Assembly (NCBI GenBank): GCA_963747235.1
Contig: CAVVEU010000034.1
Coordinates: forward strand, 1-25,699
From: an uncultured Candidatus Rokubacteria bacterium
GTDB taxonomy: Bacteria > Methylomirabilota > Methylomirabilia > Rokubacteriales > CSP1-6
DNA: 25,699 nucleotides
Direction: 5' to 3'
The position numbers were made by a program, and so were the translations under genes. Under the pieces are notes generated by a model that had not been told where the DNA came from, ran no database searches, and was given only the letters and a program-made list of their open reading frames with translations. Shown here one piece after another: positions 8,355-17,299 of this stretch (the stretch's first letter is position 1; the number at the start of each line of letters is the position of its first letter).

Positions 8355-9416
8355 GTGCGTGGCGCCCTCGCCGGAGACCTCAAAGCCGCCCGCGCCCGCT
8401 GGGAGCGCGGCGAGCTCTCCGCCGCCGCGTTCAAGCAAGTGGAAGACCGCGCGGTGGACGACGCGGTGCGCCTGCAGGAAGAGGCCGGCCTCGACGTGGT
8501 CACCGACGGCGAGCTGCGCCGCTACGCCTTCTTCGGCCACCTCATCGACGCGCTCGACGGCTTCGACAAGCTGGGCGGCTGGGCCATCCCCTTCCACAAC
8601 GAGCAGGGCGAGCGGCTCGTCTTCAAGCGCCCGGTGGTCGTCGAGAAGCTCCGCTGGCGGCGCAGCATGTGCACCGAGGAGTTCGTCTACCTGCGCGCCC
8701 GCGCGACCCGGCCCACCAAGGTCACGCTGATCAGCAGCCAGCAGGCCGCCGCCTACTACGATCCCGAGAAGTCCACCGGCGCCTACCCGACGCGCGACGC
8801 CTACCTGGCCGACATCGTGGATCTGACCCGGCGGGAGGTCGACGAGCTGGTCGCGCTCGGCTGCACCTACATCCAGATCGACGCGCCCCAGTACGCGGCG
8901 CTGCTCGATCCCGAGCTCCGCGAGGGCTACCGCCAGCGCGGCAGCGATCCGGATCGCTTGATCGACGCGTGCATCGAGATGGATAACGCGGTGATCGGCC
9001 AGCACGCCGGCGTCACCTTCGGCCTGCACATCTGCCGGGGCAACAACCAGTCCATGTTCTACGCCAGCGGCGGCTACGAGCCGATCGCGCGCGTCTTCAC
9101 CCGGAGCCGCTTCCAGCGCTTCCTCCTCGAATACGACGACGCGCGCTCGGGCGGCTTCGAGCCGCTGCGCGCGATGCCGGACGACCGCACGGTGGTCCTG
9201 GGCCTGGTGACGACCAAGACCCCGCGCCTCGAATCGGTGGCCGAGCTGCGCGCCCGCGTGGACGAGGCCGCCCGCTACCTCCCGCTGGAGCGGCTGGCGC
9301 TCAGCCCGCAGTGCGGCTTCGCCTCGACCATGGAGGGCAACCGGATCTCGCCGGAGGAGCAGCGGGCCAAGCTCCACCGCGTGGCCGAGACCGCCCGATC
9401 CATCTGGACCGCCTGA
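8355..9416 (+). CDS. Cobalamin-independent methionine synthase II family protein (single catalytic barrel, MetE-like); N-terminus garbled, true start possibly ATG 8327
   Basis: 'QEEAGLDVVTDGELRR', 'GCTYIQIDAP', Zn ligands HICRGN, LEYD and SPQCGFAS. Only ~360 aa, so no N-terminal folate-binding barrel. The expected 'R.D.VGSLLRP' start survives only as out-of-frame fragments at 8340-8380. Confidence 0.92.
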   Translation: MRGALAGDLKAARARWERGELSAAAFKQVEDRAVDDAVRLQEEAGLDVVTDGELRRYAFFGHLIDALDGFDKLGGWAIPFHNEQGERLVFKRPVVVEKLRWRRSMCTEEFVYLRARATRPTKVTLISSQQAAAYYDPEKSTGAYPTRDAYLADIVDLTRREVDELVALGCTYIQIDAPQYAALLDPELREGYRQRGSDPDRLIDACIEMDNAVIGQHAGVTFGLHICRGNNQSMFYASGGYEPIARVFTRSRFQRFLLEYDDARSGGFEPLRAMPDDRTVVLGLVTTKTPRLESVAELRARVDEAARYLPLERLALSPQCGFASTMEGNRISPEEQRAKLHRVAETARSIWTA

Positions 9417-9445
9417 TTCCACGTATCGACCTCAAGGAGACCACC

Positions 9446-10627
9446 ATGAGAATGCTCGCCCTGCTCGCGCTCGCGCTGCTCGGCCTCGCTCCGACCGCCG
9501 CCTGGGCCCAGACCGTGAAGATGGGCGCGGTGGTCCCGCTCACGGGCCGCTACGGCGCCGGCGGCGCCCAGATCCGCGCCGGCTACGAGATCGCGGTGGA
9601 GCAGATCAACGCGGCCGGCGGCGTGACCGTCGGCGCGGCCAAGCTACCGATCGAGCTGATCCTGCAGGACGACGAGTCCGACGCCACCAAGACCGTCGCG
9701 CGGCTCGAGGGCCTGGCCGCGCAGGGCGTGGTGGGCTACCTCGGCGGCTTCGGCTCCGACCTGCACGCGGCCGCCGCCTCGGTGGCCGAGAAGAACCGCG
9801 TGCCGTACCTGGGCGTGGCCTTCGCGCTGCAGAAGATCCACCAGCAGGGCTTCCGCTATCTCTTCTCGCCGTTCTGGAAGTCGCCCGACATCGGCCAGGC
9901 CACCCAGGGGCTCCTGGGCCTCATCCCGGCGGCGGAGCGGCCCAGGACCGTCGCGATCTTCCAGGAGAAGACCGACTGGGGCCGCGAGATGGCGGCGGCG
10001 TGGACGGAAGCGGGCAAGGGCGCCGGTTACCAGGTCGTGGTCACCGGAGAGTACGCGCCGGGCGCCAAGGATTTCTCCGACATCATCCTGAAGGCCCGGA
10101 CCGCGAACGCGGACGCGGTGCTGGCGCTGCCCACCCCGCCCGACGGCATGACCCTCGTGAAGCAGATGAAGGAGCTGGGCTACACCCCGAAGCTCGCGCT
10201 CTTCATCCGCGCCCCGGACGCCCAGATCTGGTCGCAGAACCTCGGCAAGGACGGCGACTTCATGGTGCTCGCGGCGGGCTGGCATCACGCGATGAAGGGC
10301 GCCGGCGTGAAGGAGCTGAACGACGCGCACCAGAAGAAATTCGGGCGCCCCGCCGATCCGCTGGTGGGCCCGGCCTACGCCTGCGTGCAGATCCTGGCCG
10401 CGGCGGTCACGCGCGCGGGCGGGATGGACCGGGAGAAGATCCGTGACGCGGTCGCGGCCACCAGCATGAACACGGTCATCGGCGCGGTGAAGTTCCGGCC
10501 GGACGGCACCGGCATCGTGCCGCAGGCGCTGCTGCAGTGGATCAACGGCAAGCAGGAGCTGGTGTGGCCGAAGGACGCCGCCACCGCGCCGCTCGCCTTC
10601 CCCGCGCCGCCCTTCGCCAAGCGCTAG
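9446..10627 (+). CDS. ABC transporter substrate-binding protein, Liv/HAAT family, Sec signal
   Basis: AAGGAG RBS then ATG 9446; signal peptide MRMLALLALALLGLAPTAAWA-Q; 'GAVVPLTG', 'INAAGG', 'DDESD', 'DFS.II.K', 'QWINGK..LVWP'. Confidence 0.93.
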   Translation: MRMLALLALALLGLAPTAAWAQTVKMGAVVPLTGRYGAGGAQIRAGYEIAVEQINAAGGVTVGAAKLPIELILQDDESDATKTVARLEGLAAQGVVGYLGGFGSDLHAAAASVAEKNRVPYLGVAFALQKIHQQGFRYLFSPFWKSPDIGQATQGLLGLIPAAERPRTVAIFQEKTDWGREMAAAWTEAGKGAGYQVVVTGEYAPGAKDFSDIILKARTANADAVLALPTPPDGMTLVKQMKELGYTPKLALFIRAPDAQIWSQNLGKDGDFMVLAAGWHHAMKGAGVKELNDAHQKKFGRPADPLVGPAYACVQILAAAVTRAGGMDREKIRDAVAATSMNTVIGAVKFRPDGTGIVPQALLQWINGKQELVWPKDAATAPLAFPAPPFAKR

Positions 10628-10628
10628 G

Positions 10629-11646
10629 GTGCGGACGCTCGTCTTCCTGGAGGCGGGCCGGCTCGAGTGGCAGGAGGCGCCCGACCCGGCGCTCGAGACG
10701 GCGGATGACGCCCTCGTCCGGCCGCTGGCGGTGGCCGCCTGCGATCTCGACGTCGCGCTGCTGCGCGGGCTGACCCCGTTCCAGGGGCCGTTCCCGATCG
10801 GCCACGAGTTCGTGGGCGAGGTCGTGGCGACGGGCTCGGCGGTGACCGGCTTCGCCCCCGGCGACCGCGTGATCGTGCCCTTCCAGATCGGGTGCGGCGC
10901 CTGCGCCTGCTGCCGCTCCGGCCGCACCGGGAGCTGCGAGACCGTGCCGCCCGTGTCCATGTACGGCTTCGAGCCGCTCGGCGGCCGCTGGGGCGGCGCG
11001 CTGTCCGACCTGGTGCGCGTGCCGTACGCCGCGCACATGCTGGTCCGCCTGCCCGCCGGCCTCGATCCGGCCACGGTGGCCAGCATCAGCGACAATGTCG
11101 CCGACGGCTGGCGCGCCGTCGGCCCGCCGCTCGCCGAGTACCCGGGGGCGCGCGTGCTGGTGCTGGGCGGCATCGGCAGCGTCCCGCTCTACGCGGTGGC
11201 CTGCGCCGTCGCGGCAGGCGCCGCGCCGAGTGGACTACGTGGACCCCAATGGCGACCGCGCCGCGGTGGCGGAGGCCCTCGGCGCCAACGTGAGCCGCCG
11301 TCCGTCCACCACGCGCGAGACCTACCCGATCACGGTGGACGGCAGCAATGATCCGCGCGGCCTCCGGCGCGCGCTCCAGTCGCTCGAGCCCGAGGGCATC
11401 TGCACCAGCGTCAGCATCTACTTCGGCGGGGACGTCTCATTGCCGCTGCTGGCCATGTACACGCGGGGCGTCCGCTTCGTCACCGGCCGGGTGAACTCGC
11501 GCGCGGCGCTGCCCCGCGTGCTGGAGCTGGTCGCCCGCGGCGGGCTGCGCCCCGAGCGCGTGACCTCCGAGATCGTCCCGTGGGACCGGGCGGCGGAGGC
11601 GCTGGCGCGGCCGTCGCTGAAGCCGATCGTCGTCCGCGACGCCTGA
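10629..11646 (+). CDS. Zn-dependent alcohol dehydrogenase (MDR superfamily), apparent frameshift near 11227
   Basis: 'ACDLD', 'IGHE', structural Zn motif CGACACC..G...C, 'SDN.ADGW'. The C-terminal part (RVDYVD...YPITVD...RGVRFVTGR...KPIVVRDA) continues in the 11095-11646 frame. Confidence 0.88.
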
Positions 11647-11652
11647 GCGCGC

Positions 11653-12389
11653 GTGGCTCTCCTGGAAGTCGAGCGGCTGTCCAAGGGCTTCGGCGGCGTC
11701 CTCGCGGTCAGCGACGTCAGCTTCGCGATCGAGCCCGGCGAGCTGCTCGGCATCATGGGGCCGAACGGCTCCGGCAAGACCACGCTCTTCAACCTGATCG
11801 CGGGCGCCCTGCGCCCCGATCGCGGGCGCATCCGCCTCCAGGGCCGCGACGTGGCCGGGCTGCCGCCGCACCGGCTCTGCGCGCGCGGCGTGGCCCGCAC
11901 CTTCCAGCTCGTCCGGCCCTTCGCGGGCCTCTCCGCGCTCGACAACGTGCGCGTGGGCTGCCTCTACGGCCGCAAGCGCGGCGCCGGAGGCGCGAGCGCG
12001 GAGGCGGCGCGCCTGCTCGCGCTGGTCGGCCTCGAGGGCCGGGCCGCCACCCCGCGTCCGCGCTGACCCTGATGGACCGCAAGCGCCTCGAGCTGGCGCG
12101 CGCGCTGGCCACCGGGCCCGAGCTCCTGCTGCTGGACGAGTTCATGGCCGGGCTCAACCCCGCCGAGACGGCGGCCGCGATGGCCCTGATCCGCCGCCTG
12201 GTCGCCGACGGCCTCACCGTGCTGATGGTGGAGCACATCGTGTGGGCGCTGATGGACCTCGCGCGGCGGATCATGGTGCTGAGCGCGGGCGAGAAGATCG
12301 CGGACGGATCGCCCGCGGCCGTGGCCGCCGACCCCCGCGTGGTGGACGTCTACCTGGGGGCCGCGCGGCCGCCGGACGCGCATGCCTGA
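11653..12389 (+). CDS. livG: ABC ATPase LivG, apparent frameshift near 12052
   Basis: Walker A GPNGSGKTT and 'ARTFQ' in the first frame; 'RKRLELARAL', Walker B LLLLDE, VEH and 'VVDVYLG' in the second. Confidence 0.9.
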
Positions 12390-12397
12390 GGACGCGC

Positions 12398-13118
12398 GTG
12401 CTTGAGATCGAGGGCCTCGAGGCGGCGTACGGCGACGTCCGCGTGCTCTCCGGCGTGACGCTCTCGGTGCGGCCCGGCGAGATCGTCGCGCTGCTCGGCC
12501 CCAACGGCGCGGGCAAGAGCACGCTGCTGGCCTGCGTGGCCGGCCTCGTGCGGCCGCGCGCCGGCCGCATCCGCTGGGAGGGGCGAGGACCTGCGCGCGG
12601 TGCCCGCGCACCTGATCGTGGAGCGGGGCCTCGCCATCGTGCCCGAGGGCCGCCGGCTCTTCGCGAGCATGACGGTGGAGGACAATCTCGAGCTGGGCGC
12701 CTTCTCCCCGCGCGCCCGCGCCGCGCGCCGCGAGAGCTACGAGCGCGTGTACGCGCTCTTCCCCGCCCTGCGCGAGCGCCGGCGGCAGATCGTGCGCGCG
12801 CTCTCGGGCGGCCAGCAGCAGATGGTGGCGGTGGGCCGCGCGCTGATGGCGAGCCCGCGCCTGCTGATGCTGGACGAGCCGTCGCTCGGCATCGCGCCCC
12901 AGCTCGTGCGCGCGATCCTGGACGCGCTGGCCGAGATCAACCGCGCGGGCGTCGCGATCTTCCTGATCGAGCAGAACGTGCGCGCGGCCCTGACCCTGGC
13001 CCACCGCGCCTACATCCTCGAGGGCGGGCGGGTGGCGGGCGAGGGCGGCGGCGCCGAGCTGCTGCGCGATCCGCACGTGCGGCGCGCCTACCTGGGGCCG
13101 CTCGCGGTGGGCGAGTGA
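12398..13118 (+). CDS. livF: ABC ATPase LivF, apparent frameshift in G-run 12580-12583
   Basis: 'LEIEGLEAAYG', GPNGAGKST in the first frame; 'VPEGRRLF', LSGGQQQM, LMLDEPSLG, IEQN, AYLG in the second. Start is GTG 12398, or ATG 12382 if there is a further indel. Confidence 0.9.
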
Positions 13119-14012
13119 TGGACGCGATCGCGCTGACCGTCCTGGCGCAGCAGATGCGTGCTCGGCCTGCTCCTGGGCGGGCTCTACGGCCTCGCCGCCG
13201 CGGGCCTCTCGCTCGTCTTCGGCGTGCTCAAGGTGCTGGACGTGGCCCACGGCGAGCTGATCATGCTGGGTGGCTACGGCACCTACTGGCTCTTCGCCCT
13301 GCTCCGCATGGATCCCTTCGCCTCCCTGCTCGTGGTCATCCCGGCCACGCTCGTGCTGGGGGCGGTGCTCTACGCCGTCCTGTTCGGCTTCGTGGTCCGC
13401 GCCCACGAGGAGACCCGCATCAAGAACTCGCTGCTGGTCGGCTTCGGCCTGGCCCTGGCCCTGCACGCGCTGGCGCTCCAGCTCTGGACCGCGGACGATC
13501 GCTCGGTGACCACGGCCTACAGCGGCGCGGTGCTCCACGTGGGGCCGCTCGCCGTCCCGGTGATCCGGCTGGTCAGCCTGGCCGTCGCCTTCGCGCTGAT
13601 CGCGGGGCTCCATCTGCTGCTCGCGCGCTGGCGCTGGGGCAAGGCCATCCGCGCCACCGCGGAGGACTGGCAGGCCGCGCTGCTCACCGGCATCGACGTG
13701 CGGCGCGCTTACCTGCTGGCCTTCGCCATCGGCACCGCGCTCGCGGGGGCGGCGGGCACGCTGGTGAGCGTCGGCTACTCGATCAGCCCGGCCATCGGGC
13801 TCGAATGGACGCTCAAGGCCCTGATCGTGGTGGTGCTGGCCGGCCTCGGCTCCATGCTGGGCACCTTCGCGGCGGGCCTCTTCGTCGGCGTGGCCGAAGC
13901 GCTCAGCGCCGCTGCCTTCGGCGGCCCCTATCGCGAGGTCGTGGGCCTGGTGATCTTCGTCGTGGTGCTCGTGCTCAGGCCGCAGGGCCTGTTCGGGCGG
14001 CAGTCCCGATGA
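13118..14012 (+). CDS. livH: ABC permease LivH, apparent frameshift near 13157
   Basis: TGATG overlap gives MDAIALTVLAQQ..., then a shift into 'LGLLLGGLYGL...GLSLVFGV...AHG', 'GKAIRA', 'LAGLGS', 'RPQGLFG'. Confidence 0.9.
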
Positions 14013-14950
14013 CGAACGAACGTCGGTGGACGGTCGCGATCCTGGTGGGCTTCGCGGCCCTCGCCCCGCTGCCGCTGCTGGTCCCGCGCGACGACGTGCT
14101 GAACTTCGTGCTGCTGGTCCTGCTCTCGATCACGATGGCCCAGAGCTGGAACATCATCGCGGGCTACGCGGGCCAGGTGAACCTGGGGCACGCCGCCTTC
14201 TTCGGCCTGGGCGCGCTGACCGCCCGCACCCTCTGGATCGCGGGGACGCCGATCCTGCTCGCGATGGGCGCGGGCGCGCTGGTGGCCGTCGCCCTCGCGC
14301 TGCTCATCGGCGCGGCCGCCTTCCGGCTCCGGGGGGCCTACTTCGCGATCGGCACGCTCGCCCTGGGCGAGATCCTGCGCACGTTCGTGAGCAATACGCT
14401 GCCCGAGATCTCGACGCTGCCCGCGGCCAGCATCGCGGGCTACCGGCTCGCGCCGCGCTACTACCTGGCGCTGGCACTGGCCGCCCTGTCGGTGGTCGCG
14501 GTGGCCGCGCTCGCCGGTTCGCGCCTCGGGCTGGGCATGCAGGCCATCCGCGAGGACGAGGACGCGGCGGAGGCCAGCGGGGTGGCCGCGCTGGCCCTGA
14601 AGCTGCGGGCGCTCGTGCTCTCGACCGCGCTGGCCGGGCTCTCGGGCGGCTTCTTCGCCTACTACCACATCAGCTACTATCCGTCGCATCCGTTCGGGCC
14701 CCACTGGACCTTCGAGGCGCTGCTCATGACGTTCATCGGCGGCGTCGGCACCCTGCACGGCCCGGTGCTGGGCGCCGTGCTCTACGTGCTGCTCAAGGAG
14801 TACCTGACCGTGCGCTGGGTGGACTTTCACCTCTTGATCTTCGGCGTGCTCTTCATCGCCATCGTGCTGATCTTCCCCGGCGGCCTCGTGCAGGCCACCG
14901 AGGGAGCGCGGCGGTGGCTCGCGCGCCGACGGGGAGCTTCCACGACATGA
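14009..14950 (+). CDS. livM: ABC permease LivM
   Basis: ATGA overlap with livH; C-terminal part of the 902-aa track ORF, starting MTNERRW; 'WNIIAGYAGQVNLGHAAFFG', 'GAYFAIGTL', 'AIREDE.AA', 'GGVGT..GP'. Confidence 0.92.
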   Translation: MTNERRWTVAILVGFAALAPLPLLVPRDDVLNFVLLVLLSITMAQSWNIIAGYAGQVNLGHAAFFGLGALTARTLWIAGTPILLAMGAGALVAVALALLIGAAAFRLRGAYFAIGTLALGEILRTFVSNTLPEISTLPAASIAGYRLAPRYYLALALAALSVVAVAALAGSRLGLGMQAIREDEDAAEASGVAALALKLRALVLSTALAGLSGGFFAYYHISYYPSHPFGPHWTFEALLMTFIGGVGTLHGPVLGAVLYVLLKEYLTVRWVDFHLLIFGVLFIAIVLIFPGGLVQATEGARRWLARRRGASTT

Positions 14951-15336
14951 CCGAACGCATTCCGCTGCTCCAGCTTGGCTCGCTCCAGAGCCGCCTGCCC
15001 GAGCTCATCGCCAGGAAAGGCGCGCCGCCCTGGTCGGAGGCGGTCGTGCTGACCGACGACATCCAGGCCTTCCTGATCTGCCACCCGCCCGGCCAGCCCA
15101 ACGACACCCACTACCACCATCACGACGAGTGGTGGATCGTGCTCCAGGGCGAGATCGACTGGTACATCGAGGGGGAGCCCGCGCCCATCCACGCGCGCGC
15201 GGGCGACTTCGTCTTCGGCCCGAAGCATCTCTGGCACCATCTCGAGCCGGTGGGCGCCACGCCCAGCATCCGCGTCGCCATCAACGCGCGGGGCGAATTC
15301 CACCGCTACGACCGCCCGGGCTGCAAGCCCCTCTGA
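14947..15336 (+). CDS. Cupin domain protein
   Basis: ATGA overlap with livM; 129 aa starting MTERIPLL; cupin motif 1 'HYHHHDEWWIVLQG' and motif 2 'AGDFVFGPKHLWH'. Confidence 0.88.
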   Translation: MTERIPLLQLGSLQSRLPELIARKGAPPWSEAVVLTDDIQAFLICHPPGQPNDTHYHHHDEWWIVLQGEIDWYIEGEPAPIHARAGDFVFGPKHLWHHLEPVGATPSIRVAINARGEFHRYDRPGCKPL

Positions 15337-15360
15337 CGGGGCAGGTCTGAACCTGACCCG
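15337..15360. terminator. Hairpin between convergent genes (terminator-like or REP-like)
   Basis: CGGG-g-CAGGT-ctga-ACCTG-a-CCCG: 10-bp stem with one mismatch and a 4-nt loop, filling the gap between two stop codons. No U-tract. Confidence 0.5.
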
Positions 15361-15361
15361 G

Positions 15362-16298
15362 CTAGGCGGTGGCGTCGGAGGGCTTGGCGACGGCGGCCGG
15401 CGCGGGGGCGGCGACGGATCGGCCGGCGCCGGTCACCAGGCGGAGCACGGCGGGCGAGAGCTTCGGGTCCAGCGTGTCGCGGATGCCGTCGCCGAGCAGG
15501 TTGAACGCGAGCACGGTGACGGTGATCGCGAGGCCGGGGAACAGCACCAGCCACCAGTAGGGGCACGAGGCCGGTGATCGCGTCCGCCAGCATGTTGCCC
15601 CAGGTCGGGCGTGGGCGGCGGGACGCCGACCCCGAGGAAGCCCAGCGCGGCCTCGATCACGATCGCGACGCCCAGGTGGGTGGTGGCGAGAACCAGGTAG
15701 GGCGCCACGCACTGGGGCAGCACGTGCAGCGTCATCACGCGGAGCTGCGAGGCGCCGGCGGCCCGCCCCGCCTCCACGAACGGCATCTCGCGCACGCTGA
15801 TGGCCACCGAGCGGATCACGCGGCCGCCGAACGGAATGCGGGTGACCGCGATGGCCGCGATGACCGCGGGCAGACCGGTCCCGATGGCCATCGAGATCGC
15901 CATGGCCAGGATCAGATCGGGAAACGCCTGCAGGACCTCCATGATCCGCTGGCTCACCAGGTCGAAGCGCCCGCCCAGGTAGCCGCAGGCCACGCCCCAG
16001 AGCGAGCCCACCGTGGTGCCGAGCAGCACCGCGAGGAAGGCCACGAAGAGCGAGGTGCGCGCCCCGTACATCACGCGGCTCAGCGTGTCGCGGCCCACCT
16101 GGTCGGTGCCGAACCAGGACTGCGCGTCGGGCGGCTTGTTCATCCGCCGGAAGTCCGTCTTCAACGGCTCGCGCGGGGCGATCCAGGGGGCGGTCAGCGC
16201 GACCAGGACGACGAACAGCCCGACGAGGCCGCCGAGCCACCGACAGCTTGTTGCGGCGGGCGAAGCCGCCCGAGCTCGCGGAGCGCCTGGCTCTGCAT
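15362..16298 (-). CDS. Peptide/nickel-type ABC permease DppC/OppC-like, several apparent frameshifts
   Basis: ATG 16298 ([10 protein letters not shown]...). Core '[20 protein letters not shown]', '[11 protein letters not shown]', 'HVLP', '[13 protein letters not shown]', then '[11 protein letters not shown]...FNLLGDG.RD.LDPK'. Pieces lie in different frames (breaks about 16240-16270 and 15560-15610). Confidence 0.87.
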
Positions 16299-16310
16299 GG
16301 GAGGACGCGC

Positions 16311-17269
16311 CTACTGGTACCGGATCCGGGGATCGAGCCAGGCGTAGCTCATGTCCACCAGGACGTTGACCAGCACGAAGATCGCCGCGTAGAGCAGCAC
16401 GAGGTTCTGCACCACGACGATGTCGCGCTCGACGATGGCGACCACGAGGGCCCGGCCGAGCCCGGGCACGCCGAAGGCCTGCTCGACCGCCACCGAGCCG
16501 CCCAGGACGAAGCCCAGCAGCACGCCCGAGATGGTGATGACCGGGCAGCAGCGCGTTGGGCAGGGCGTGCCGCATCACCACCGCGCGCTCCGCCGTGCCC
16601 TTGGCCCGCGCGGTGCGCACGTAGTCCTCGCGGATCACCTCGAGCAGGCAGGAGCGGGCCATGCGCGCGATGTAGGCGCCCTGGGCCAGCCCGAGCACCA
16701 TCGCGGGCCCGATGATGAGCTGGAAGTTCTCCCAGGGGTTCTCCCAGAGCTGCACGATGATGATCGGGGCCTTGTAGCCGAACCAGAAGAGCAGGGCCAG
16801 CACGACCAGGAGCCCGAGCCAGAAGCCGGGCACCGCGATGAAGAGGACCGAGAGCGAGCGCACCACCGCGTCGGCCCAGCCGTTGGGGCGGATCGCGCTC
16901 AGGATGCCGACGGGCAGCCCCGACCAGCCACGAGATGACCAGGGCGAGGATCGCGATCTCGGCGGAGAGGGGCCCGCGGTGGAGGATGAGCTCGCTCACG
17001 GTGTCGCCGCGGAAGAACGACTTGCCGAGCTGCCCGCTGGCGATCTCGCGCATCCAGCGCACATACTGCACCGGCAACGAGTCGGACAGCCCGAGATCCC
17101 GCATGAGCACCACGCGATCCGCGGGCGCCATCTTGGCGTGCCCTTCCACGCCGAGGATGGCCACCAGCGGATCGCCGGGCAGGATGCGCAGCACCACGAA
17201 GATGATCAGGGAGACCCCGATCAGGGTGCCCAGGGCGAACAGCGCCCTCCGGAGCAGGTACTTCTGCAC
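16311..17269 (-). CDS. Peptide/nickel-type ABC permease DppB/OppB-like, apparent frameshifts near 16920 and 16544
   Basis: 'YLLRR...PGDP', 'QYVRW...GQLGKS', '[10 protein letters not shown]', 'HALPNAL', '[11 protein letters not shown]', '[10 protein letters not shown]', spread over three frames. Confidence 0.89.
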
Positions 17270-17299
17270 GAGCGAGCGCTCGGGGCCGGGGCTTTCCCC

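Noticed and set aside
12580-12583. Programmed frameshifting or phase variation at G/C runs
   Set aside because: Runs are only 3-4 nt, there are no slippery heptamers, and breaks are scattered across unrelated genes; sequencing error is the simpler explanation.
12242-14950. 902-aa apparent ATPase-permease fusion
   Set aside because: Artefact of frameshifts: it strings together the livF N-terminus, off-frame sequence, the livH N-terminus and the true livM (14009-14950).
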